From: Raillietiella orientalis
Lineage: Eukaryota
Assembly: GCA_036172245.1 (NCBI GenBank)
Contig: JAYWIR010000001.1
Span: forward strand, 4,092,001-4,156,000
Direction of reading: 5' to 3'
DNA length: 64,000 nucleotides
In this document: positions 23,880 through 34,300 of the stretch, in pieces
Position numbering within the stretch: the first letter of the stretch is position 1
Layout of the letters: each line of letters opens with the position of its first letter
The notes under the pieces: model-generated
Database searches by the model: none
What the model saw: only the letters and a program-made list of their open reading frames with translations
Told to the model about the DNA's origin: nothing
Program-made: the position numbers and the translations under genes

Positions 23880-24134
23880 GGAAGGAGATCTCTGGCATCC
23901 ATAGCCGGTTCTGAAAGAAAGGAACGGCCGAAACCAAAGACCCCTGTTACCAACTCTCCCCATATCCTTATTTATATTTTTTGTGTGTGTATTTGAGGTC
24001 CCCTCCCTCCCGTTCCTGACTTTTGCATTTACCGACCTGCGTGTCGGGAGCCCTCCCTTCGTTTTTCTGTGCCCTTTGTCCGGGAACTTTGGTGTAGGAT
24101 AGTTTAGTAATAAACGCCCCGGCGCACCCGGGTG
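23880..24134 (+). mobile_element. LINE copy F (3' end only, A-like subfamily)
   Basis: Shares CCG(A/G)CCTGCGTGTCGG..CCCTCCCTT with the UTR of copy A, and its first part matches 47870-47940(-). Ends in AATAAA-CGCCCCGGCGCACCCGGGTG (24109-24134). Confidence 0.8.
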
Positions 24135-24688
24135 AGGAGAAGGAGCTGACCGTCCGCTATCCTTTTGATCTCTCGTGTGTGTTCTGCCGAGATCTGATGG
24201 ATCTGCAGAAGCACAATGTCGAAGCGTTGCAGGACGGCAGCTATGTCTTATCTCCTGTCGTCGTCGCGTAGCCCATTGACGTTCCAGCTGGCAACGCGTA
24301 GTCGACGACAGGTGGCGAGTCCCGGCATTACTGCTGGCAAAGTGATGCTGCGGCTCACGCCTCCGTTTGAGGCGGAGTGCTGCTTGAAGACCCTGCGGCT
24401 GGAGGCACCTCGGACACCTCCTCCACCTCCATGGGCTGCACCGCATCCGAGAGTGGGAGAGTCTCAGGAGACGAGTCCTGCGCTCTCACGCCCGCCGCAC
24501 CCTCATTTCCGAAGGATTCCTCTTCGTCGGAAGAGTGAATCCTCCTGGAATTTCTGAACTTTTGTTCAAACTTCAGCAAGGGTGCAGGCGAGGATGAAGA
24601 GCTTCTGGCCACTTGGTCGAAGTCCGGGATCTCGGACCCTTTCCTGAGGCCTGGACGTCTGGTGGTCTTGTTGGCGACCTTGGTTTGA

Positions 24689-25375
24689 CACTTGGTCACG
24701 CCGGGGCAAGACACAAAAAAAAAATAAGACAAAAAATTCAATAAAGGGGGAGGGAAGGGAAGTTCGAAAGGGGATAACTGTGCGCTATAATTTGTCCTCT
24801 GCAACCTTGTATGGATGCCGACAAGTTCCTGTTTCGACACTCCCAGATGGAGCCATCTTGACGCTATCCTAATGAAGAGGACAGCAAAATAGATGGCGTC
24901 CATGTCATTCTGGCCTCCTCAGGCGTTGCTCCATGCAGCCACTATCCTGCGTAGGCAGCAAAGTGCTGCTAGAGATGCAGCCGGCGTGAGGGCGTCGCGC
25001 AAGAAGAGGCGCTTCAGAATATCTCTGGGGTTGCCCTCGAGGATCCGCAGGCACGCGGCAAAGCGTTTCCACGGAGGTCAATGCAATCCATGGGACGGAT
25101 ATCAAGACAATCCATGAGCAGATCCACGAGGAATTCTCTCTCGCCGCATCTGCCGCAGTTTGAGCTAACACTCTTCCGGGTCCAATGGTGTCGGCAGACG
25201 TTGCACGGGAAGCTTCAGTGCAAAAGCAGGGTCGCAGATTCCGGCCACTTTTAGAGGGAGCATAGCACTGTTCCAACACAGTGAGGCCACTGTACCTCCT
25301 CCGGAGGAATTTGGCTCTCCCCAGCGCAGCAATCCTTTTGGTGGAGTACTCAGGGTTGCACATCCTTCAGCTCAC
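24689..25375 (-). mobile_element. LINE copy E (3' fragment, B/C/D-like subfamily)
   Basis: 'HFVVRFTRVATRWPHL...QELVGIL' of copy D matches 'YFAVLFIRIASRWLHL...QELVGIH' here. Ends in a decayed terminus TGCCCCGGCGTGACCAAGTG (24708-24689), with most of the UTR deleted. Confidence 0.8.
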
Positions 25376-25559
25376 GAGTTGTTCACGCACTCATTTTTTT
25401 TTCCTTGTTTTTGAATTTCATATGTTACATCCCACCTCGCTCGAAGTTATCTGTCCTTTCTTTCTCTACGGGAGAGCAGCAGTGAGGCAAGGCGGGTGAA
25501 CGAAACCAACAGCAGATTCCTGTTATTCTTCAGGTTCTTTGCCAACGGCTGACGAGAGT

Positions 25560-26780
25560 ATCTGCCGTTCCGAAGGAAGATGTACTCTGTCTCACATGTG
25601 CCGTTGATTTTTCCACAGGAGAAAAATGTGTTTCACTGTCACAGTGTTTTCGACACTGCGCTGCAGCGAGTCTGAGCGGGCCGGCTTCCAGAATCCTCCG
25701 AAGGCGAGCAAGCAGAGACCGTAGAGAAAATGCGCCGTCACCGGACCGACCGGCCGCAGTCCGTGTCCAGGCAACACGCTTGTCACTACACAAAAAAGAA
25801 GGCTGGCCAGTGCATTCCCATGGATGACGGGAGTCTCGAATCATCTCGAGCGTTTTCCAGCAACAAGCGGAACAAAGAGGAGAACCGTGCTTTCCATGAG
25901 TCCCTGGGGACTTTCCACCTAGTTCTCTTGCAAAAGACTCCCAAAGTGTCCACCAAGTCAAGCACTTCTCGGGAGGGAACCCCTAGGAGGGACGAAGCTC
26001 GGAACCCACCAGTTCGGGCTCGTATCTCTCCCGAAGCCGCATACGCGGCGGGCACAGAGCAACGTCCGTTTTGATGAGAATGCGGACGCGCAGACCACCT
26101 TCCACTAAAGTGGTCGGACTCGATGGACCTCCTCCTGACGAACCTCCACGTGCTGCAGCAAAGATTCGGAGGGTGTCTGAGGGCTGCGTCAGGCACCCAG
26201 CCCTCAGACACTAGTTGCCAACCTTCCGGGTGAGTCTCCTTAGACAGAAAATTCGATGCGCTGAAGATTCGTCACGTCACTTCCGCCTGTAACAACCTTC
26301 TGCTGGAAGGCTCCTCCGAAAGACAGGGACGTAGAGAATTCTTCCACCCAGCCCGCGCTTTTGGCGAACGGGTCTATCCCAACTGCCCTGCAGGGTGCTC
26401 AGCATGGAGGATGGAACACACCCGGCAAGCAGGAGCGCGATCGGTTCACCGAACTGTCAGGCTCCGGCGTGCTCTTCACCGAAGACGCAGATACACAGGT
26501 GCTGTTGCCTCCACCTGTACGCGGAAACGCCTCTTGACGAAGAAGGAGCCATGCAGCTTCCCGTACCACACTATCCGCAGGAGGTAGGGGGAGTCTGGCA
26601 TCCTGTTGGGTGATCCCAGACCCTTTGCTATCACCGATACTGTGACCGCCGTCGGAGGGCCCCTGGCAGCGCTGGAATGGATGCAGGCGAACTGCCTGCG
26701 GACTTCTACCAACTTTTCGTGGCAGAACTGGTGGCGGTGCCCTCGATGCACACACCGGCACTGCTCACCAGGCAGGTAGG
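25560..26780 (+). pseudogene. LINE ORF2 N-terminal remnant (AP endonuclease to RT domain 0)
   Basis: Ordered fragments 'LIFPQE', 'ENRAFHESL', 'RADHLPL' (SDH-like), 'PFAITDTVTAV' and 'GELPADFYQLFVAELV' (compare 'RLPAEVFKCFAAELV' in copy A). Confidence 0.65.
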
Positions 26781-27453
26781 CGTCCTTCAGATCAGCGGGG
26801 ATTCGTCTCGCCGTTCTCAAAGAAGGAGTTTCACTCGGGTGCACGTGGCTCCGCGTCCACTCACTCGTATGCGCTCTTCGAGCAGCTCTGCAAGGTGTGC
26901 AGTGCGCGAACGGGACGGGCGGGCGGTCCGTGACGGACCCACGCGCTTGCCAGACCGCTCGACGCTCACGCCGTCCGTGCGAGGAAGAAGCCGCGGCCGC
27001 TTCCTGAGACGCAGTCCCCTCTGCTCGCGCGCTCCGCGCAGCACTGCAGCTCGCCAAGGACCTCCGCTTGTCGCACTCAACCGATCAGAGGAATCATCTC
27101 CAAGACGTGCGTCCATAGGAAGCTCCTTTTTTTGAAGGTGCCCCATCGGTTTGGCTCCCCAGCCTGCGCCTCTCGCGGAGGCACAAGGTGGAAATTCCAA
27201 CTCTTCCGGCGGCCTTCTCTCCAGAGGCATTAACGGCACTCCTGGAGTAAGGCTGGTTGGAGCCCTTCAGCCGGTTCTTCTAACTGGTTGCGCCTGCCTA
27301 CCTTCGAGCTGTAGGGACGCTGTCCGTGCTGCTGCCCTCGCTGACGACTGACCTCTTGCGCTTGCCACTGGGGCGCAACCAGCCTCGTAAAAGACGGTTT
27401 GGAGGTCATGCGCGAGGGCTCCCGCGTTCGATTGAGCAGATGGTGGTGGCAAG

Positions 27454-28647
27454 TGTTGGCATTTGGTTCGTCGCTGAGAGAGAACTTGGGAGCTCCCTTG
27501 GATGAATCCCTTAGTTTCGAGGGACACCCCTAGATGCGTTCACGTGCGTGAGGTTGGCGAGGGCTCACGGTGCCCTGCCGGGACTGCGAACTTGCTCTTC
27601 CCGGTCCCTCCGTTCCGTGCATTTCATTGACTGATGGATGCGACTTGAGTCCTCCGGTCTGATGCGGCGGGTCTTGCGGCATCCCAACGGGTCTCGACGG
27701 CAAAAGACTTGGTTTTCCCTAGCCAGGATACGCCCCCGAGTTCTTGTCTTTGCGGACTCGAGCGCCATTCCTGACCTTGGCGACGAGGCTGCCTGGCTTT
27801 GCGCACACGCGCGACGAGTGCGGCGAACTGCAAAGGATACGCGTGCGTCCCCGCATGCAGCTGTAGGCGCGCGGGCGGTGGCTGCTGCACGCGCCTTGCC
27901 CGGTCGCGCCGCTGCTTGGGGATCACGGACGAGCATCCTGCCTCCCATTCAGGAGGAACCTCGTGGAACGAGGAAGCGCCTGGAAAGTCCAAGTCGCTTT
28001 AGCGACAAGGTCACCGAACGCTGGGAGAAACCACTCCTTTGCCAGATGCTCTCTCGATGGTGCTCGTCTGCTTCCCAGGACATGGTGGGAGATCATTCAG
28101 GGAACCGTGCGTTCCCCGTTGCATCCATGCGAAGTGGAAGAAGTGGACGCTTCTTTGGCTTGGGGATTGACCTGTCGGTTCGCGAGGGAGACACTTCCGT
28201 GCCCAATGGAAACTGGGTCGAGCGGTGAGCGAAGCCTTGCCAAAAGATATGTTCATGGTTCCCCGGACGAGGATGGAGACTCGCTTCACTTCCTGTCCGG
28301 CATGTGTGATTTCGGGCTCGGCCGTGGGTGGAGACGAGATGGGCGCAGACACCTTTTCGTCCCAAGCGGACTGCTTTGTTGCTGTTGCACTGGGCGGTGC
28401 TTCTCCGAAACAGGGAACCTCAACGCTCCTGGAGAGGGCGCACCCTCCGCGGCGTAGTGGAGACACTCGTGCACGTGCCGCTTGGATGCAAAAGTCCTGC
28501 CGTGCTGTGGAAGGTTCCCGCTTCCATGATGTCTCCCCGCAGCACTCTCCTAAAAAAACAATAAAAACCCTTTTAACTCTTGTTGGTCTCCCGGGCTCCT
28601 CTTGACTGGTAATTCTCCGTTCCTTGCGAGGAACGGTGCTCACAAAA
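27454..28647. repeat. Inverted duplication, copy 2 (partner 2454-3648)
   Basis: Direct sequence comparison; 3 differences seen over about 1195 bp. Confidence 0.97.
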
Positions 28648-30689
28648 ATGGACGAAGAGCACAGTCGTTATCTGGAGCATCGTCCTCTGTTGCTGTTGTT
28701 TCTGTTATGCGCACCGATGTGGCTCTGTGTGAGATGTGTGCAACGACCGTGGAGGCATGAATGAGAAACCCATGATCTCACCCAAGTCCTTTGCTGGAGC
28801 ATGGCGTTTGTATCTCCCGAGGAATGATTTTCATCTCAGTGAGCACGATCTTTCCCATTCTCTATTTATTCGTTTATTGCCCTCTTTTCTCTTTTTTTTC
28901 ATTCGCTCTTTCCTCAGCAGGTTTCGCTTCTTCGTGATTGGGTTTCCCCATTTCTGATTGTGAGAGTTGCGTCGCTCCCAATGGGTGGGTTGGAAGTGGC
29001 AGTTTGTGAAGGCTGCGTCGGATTTCTGATTCATAAAAAGATGACTGCTATTCAATAATACCAATTTCTCATAGTGATGGGATGGGGACATGATGTAGGT
29101 CACTCGGCTGTCTGGGACTCGAGGACTGACGCACAAACTGTGGAGGACAATGAGTTAATGGACATTAATGATGGGTGGAAGATGAGGGATCTCTTGGCAG
29201 GAGTGCTTTTGGTTCTCGGTCCTCTGGAGATGCGAGAGGTTGTGTCACTCTTTGATGCAACTGACGCCAGTTTGCCCCCTCTCCCCATCTCGAAGACATC
29301 GGATCTTCTTTGAGTTGCCAGTCTGCCTCCATGCTGAGGACGTTGCCTGGCTCCGCGGTCTCCAGAGTTCGCGTTGACCTTTGGACTGTCGTTTGGGTAG
29401 GTGAAGGCTTTTTCCCTCTGTCGCCAGTTCGAACGAACGAGCGATATCTCAGATCGAAAGAGGTTGGGCGATCGACTCTTCCGCCCAGCCCTCTCACGGT
29501 TCGGAGGAAGCTTTGCCATCCCGTATCCACATTGGATGATGCTTGGAGCTTGTTGCACGTGACTCCTCACTGAATCAACAAGTCCGTCGTGCGCTAGGTG
29601 CGAAGGGAAGCGTGGGGCTCTTGAAGCACCAAAGGTGGGGACCGCCAGCTTTCCTTGAGCGATTCCCTTCCAGTTCCCTTCAATTGTCGGCTCGAGTCCT
29701 TGAGCCCCTCCCGTCGAAGTTGCCACGTTGGCTAGAAAGGCTGCAGTCCATTATTCTCCGTGGAGGGTGGTCACACCGGCTTCCGAGATCTCTTATAAAT
29801 CATCCTGTTTCACCAATGAAGAAAAGTCAATTCTGAGATGGTGAGCTGCTGCCGCTTGTGTTCCTCAGAGTAGTCAGTACTGAGGCTAAGGGTATGCCTC
29901 GGATGCACAAATCCCTTCCGGTCTCTCATCCCGCGTGGAAATGATGAGTGAAATGAATGCATCGTGGGTTTTGAGTTTCCCTTGCAGGATGAAGCTGTCT
30001 GGCCTGTAGTCCTTGGGTGCGGTAGTGATGGAAGCTAGAAAACCGAATGCTCCTGTTGAGTGGTCACGATTGGAAATTGATTTTCCGGGAATCAAGGAGC
30101 TCAGATGCAGACCGTCTCCTCCTGCTGCCTCTCATGCATCTAAGCTCGTGGAGTGTCAAGAAAATCTACTCATGGACTTCCATCAGGAAAGTCTGATGCT
30201 GCAGAGAGAAGCCGGAGGGCGACTCCCTGAGACAGCGGTTCAATGAAAGAAAGGAATGCCCGTCCTGCACATTCGACAATACGTACACAGAGGTACAAGG
30301 ATTCTTCTTTCGCATTCGGAAATCTTCTGTGCTGCAGATGCGCCTTCCATTCGCACCGACGTCGAGAAACTTCGTCGTATCATCAAGTCCTCGAGGAGTA
30401 CCTTGGAACTCCACGAACTGTGCAGAACTTTTTTCTAAGAAAAACCCTGTATGGAGATGGTACCAGTCTTCGTTCTGTAGGGAGAGGGACAAAGAAAAGA
30501 AAAAGGTCCGAGGAGAAGGGTCGAAAGTTATTCCACTCTGCAGTGTGGAATAACTTTCCACACGCCCTCGCCTGCGGTTGCGTGGGAAGATGGCGTCCCG
30601 CTCCGTCAAGAAGAATTTGCCCTCCAAGAGCGAATCAAGTGTCTTGACCTTGCTGATTGCTCCTCCCAGAGAAACTTCCATCCCGTCCC

Positions 30690-31290
30690 CTATCTATGAA
30701 CAGCTCAGTGCTTTCCCTCAGATGACAGCACGTAGCGACACTCGTCGTGCACAAGGGATTTTAGCACAACGAGCATTTGCACCTCCTGTCCGGGGGAAGC
30801 ACCAGTCCAGAGTGTTCCAAGAGAAGAAATCCCTCCACACCTGCTGGTGGACCGCAAAGTCCATCTGGCACACCTGAATTGAGGGGTCTTGCTTGCGGAG
30901 GACAGCCCCGGAGATTCCACGCGCCAATTCCCCGTGCTGGATGGACTTTCATTTGCCTCGACGATCGCGACTTTCTGCTGCTGCACGGCCCTCCACGGAC
31001 AACGTCACGAAGGGAGGGAAGCTATCAGCACAGCCAACAGCACTCTGTTGAAGAGGGCAGAGAGGTGACCTGGGAGAAATCATAAGTCTCCTGCATCTGG
31101 CTCAAACTGAAATGACGTAAAGTGGACTCACCAGTAACTTTATACCCTCCCACCCGAATGAAATTTTTTTTTATTCATTTTTATTCATTTGCCCCTCCTC
31201 CCTGCTGCTTCGGTCCTTAATTGCAATCGGCGAACGAGTCAGTGATCCCACCCTCGAACTTGGAGCACCTTTGTTTTTATTTTTTATAGT
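30690..31290 (+). mobile_element. LINE 3' remnant with degenerate zf-RVT knuckle
   Basis: 'ICTSCPGE...EEIPPHLLVDRK' (CxxC...ExxxHLLxD[C>R]) at about 30775-30858, followed by a T/C-rich UTR-like tract. The element may extend upstream to about 29300. Confidence 0.5.
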
Positions 31291-31304
31291 GATCCAGAGT
31301 GGCT

Positions 31305-31800
31305 TTCTAATCCCGGATTGCTTGGCCATTTATTTTGAATGAATAGACAGAATGTGTGCAGCTAAAGAAGGACCGGAATGCACCAGTCCGTGAGAAAAAG
31401 GGATTATCCTCACTAAGAACAGAACGAGGAAGGAGGGAAGACAAAAATCTCAACAGCGAATGCATTGGAGCTGCCGCACGATGATCAGCACAATTTCCGA
31501 AGGTCGCGTCGCATAGGGAAGTAAAGAAAGGGGCACCGGATTACCCTGTACACAATAGTACGAAGGCTCCCTCGACCCTCACATGCCACATCGGGCCATT
31601 TTTAGTCCGTGGCATGTAGGCGACCGTGGTTCCTCAGGAACTCCTGCGAAGACCGCTCTCTTCCACCATTTTGATGGTCACCTTCACTCGCAAGTGACGG
31701 AGAATCACCAACCAGGAAGACCCGGAAAACCTGAACAGGAATTTCATTCTTTCTTCAACAAGATGCTGCGGGAGTCTATGCACTGCTTGGGCGCTCTACC
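31305..31800 (-). mobile_element. LINE 3' end (group 2), diverged paralogue of 2135-2600
   Basis: Shared blocks AAAGGGATTAT..ACAGAACGAGGAAG, CCTCGACCCT, TGGCATGT, CTCGCAAG..ACGGAGAAT and TGCTGCGGG. Confidence 0.75.
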
Positions 31801-31889
31801 CGCCGAGACGTGGGGATGTTCCCCTTTCGGGGAAGATCCAAGTGCTACCCCAGGATGGCTGGTAATACATAGGAAGGACAGAGGCGTGA

Positions 31890-34300
31890 CTAGGTGAAAA
31901 ACCTTAATGATGATGACAATAATTTGTAGTTAGGTGAATAAAGCGGAGATTTAGGTTTCCAGTATTTTGATTTGCCGCAAGGGTCATGATGTTGATGATG
32001 AGGGTGGGAGAAGGCTGAGTGTCTTTTTGGGACAAAAAGAGATAAGAACTTGTTTCTCATCATCAAGTAGTCAAGTTCCTTCCTATGTGGATCGTAGCTC
32101 CGTCCACAATGGTAGAATTGAGTATTTAACGAATGGTATTCGTTATCAGCTGGTATTCCTTGGTGAAGAATAATTGCTAATTAGGGTTTCGTGGAATTAC
32201 ATATCTGTGGATATGAAGACTTCATGGTTGTTGAGGCCACGGAAACCTCTAGCAGGGCACAGCTGCCAGAAGCTACAGGAGAGCCTACACCAGTGTTGCC
32301 CGGGCATGTCTCCTGGAGTTGGTCTCTTCTGAGGTTCATTTAATAATCAGTAATGATAATGAGGTTGCTGGGTATGCGTAGAGTTGTAGCTTATGTGTTG
32401 GTGTCCTGAAGAACAAATACAGCTCTATCCTATAATTTTCATTGAGCCAAACTTCTAATTTTAAGTAGGTCGATCTCTAGAAAAATAACTTGACTGTCTA
32501 ATTTTCAATTTTGCGCGCGTTGCAACTTCTTGTAGGAGATTGGGAAACGGCGTAGAAGGGATGGTCTAAACGGTAGTGTGTATTTGCGCCGGATGTATAT
32601 GAATTTTTAGGGAGGAAGGAAGTTATCCGAAGAGACTAACAGGATGATGAGAACATTATTTGGAGTTTCCATGGTTGGATTTGTACAGTTGTTCTAATTG
32701 ATTCAGATTGGATCACGAAATGGGAATGGGGTGTAGGTTAGATCGAAACCAACCTGTGCAATCGCTTGAAGTCTTTGCACGGCATTAAGATATTCATGAA
32801 ACTGATCTGGTGAGCAATTTTTTATCTCGGAATTAGTATAATGATTATGATTCGATTGACATAAACAGTGAGTGTAAAAAGAACGAGAGAGGTAAGGGTA
32901 GGAAGATGAGCGATTCTATATCGAAGATTGAAAAGATAATTGCAAGCAAGAAGAATTGGATGGAGAACGGGAAGGCTGAATTAGCTTTTGGATCAGATCC
33001 TCATTCGAAGGGCGATGAAGTGGTATAATTTGAAGCGCAGTGAGCTTTCAGTGATTATAATCATTAAAGCCTCTTTACCATACTAATTATTTCTTCGATC
33101 TCCCCCTCATGGGGTGGAGGGGAAGTTTAAAGACATAACAAAAATGTGAAAGGAGCTTTGTTTCTTTGGAAACCAGAGACGGATTCTCAACGGCACTACT
33201 TGACGACCAGAAGCCATTAGTTATGTGTCCTGAAGTGAATAACAGAATATCTGATTCGTATGAACATTGGTGAATGGATGAAGGAATGTCCTTTTGGTTG
33301 TGTGGATTGAAATGTTGAAATGGTTAGGAGGTCATAAAATTGCAAATAAATGCAAATGTCATGAAATGAGAATTTTCTTTCGTTTGTCTGTAAACAATCG
33401 CCATGATTTTAACTGTAATATTAATACGATTGAATGATTGGTTTGGGAGAGTACATAACGCTAATAAGGGAGTGTATGAGAAATCATATTCATTTGAAGA
33501 CTGGAATTTTGGTATCATATTGGTGCCTGAATGCATCAAAACTATTAATGGATTTAGCTTAGCTTTTATAGAGAGAAGTAGCTTGGATACATAGGAAAAC
33601 GATGGACAGAATTACTTATCAAGCAAATGCTCATTTTAATAGTAGAATGGGCACCATTAGCAGTGGCGTGCATAAGCTTAACTCCACGAGGAATTATTTT
33701 CAAAATTATCCTGAAGGGACAACATGTTATCTTACATAAAAGTAATTGATTTCCATCCCTTAATAATCGAAAGTGTTTTGTGCTATACGGACCAAGGGAG
33801 CACGACAGTGAGTATACAAATAGAAAAAGGGATGCTCGGGCAACGTCCATCATCATAAGAGAAGCTAACATGAACGATGGTGAGTTGATCAGTGATGGAA
33901 TGAAAATTTGGGATGAGGAGAGAGCAAGGCAGATGAGGCCAGAGATTGCGTGAAATCAATATTATCCTGTAGAAATGACATATGTGGGACTCGAAATTGA
34001 ATCTGTGATAGAAAGTCATCAGAAGTGTTTTCGTGGATCGAGGAGAGATGAACAGGAAGACCCGTAACGATGGTGATGTTTGAGGAGACTGAAGCAGAAG
34101 ACGAACTTTTCGGTGGAGGGTGGGCTCACTTTGCTGAGATGCCTCAGTTGAGAAGGATCGATATGGAGCGGAACACCACTGTACGGAGTACCCAACACGA
34201 AAGTGGAACTTTCATGGTGGATGCTAAGTATAATAATCTTGAAAAGGAATTAGGAGTTGGATTGTGATTCGATTCTTAATACAGAGTGAGCAAATGATCG
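31890..34300 (+). other. Second AT-rich, G>>C-skewed block with decayed coding-like frames
   Basis: Hand-picked line 32881-32940 has 19 G and 4 C. Protein-like frames broken by stops, e.g. 'YNDYDSIDINSECKK...ISKIEKIIASKKNWMENGKAELAFGSDPHSK' and ORF 33403..33594. Confidence 0.5.

Noticed and set aside
2454-28647. 1.2-kb inverted repeats as TIRs of a 26-kb Polinton/Maverick or giant transposon
   Set aside because: No target-site duplication, the left end lies inside a LINE fragment that continues outward, and no polB, integrase or capsid motif was recognised inside.
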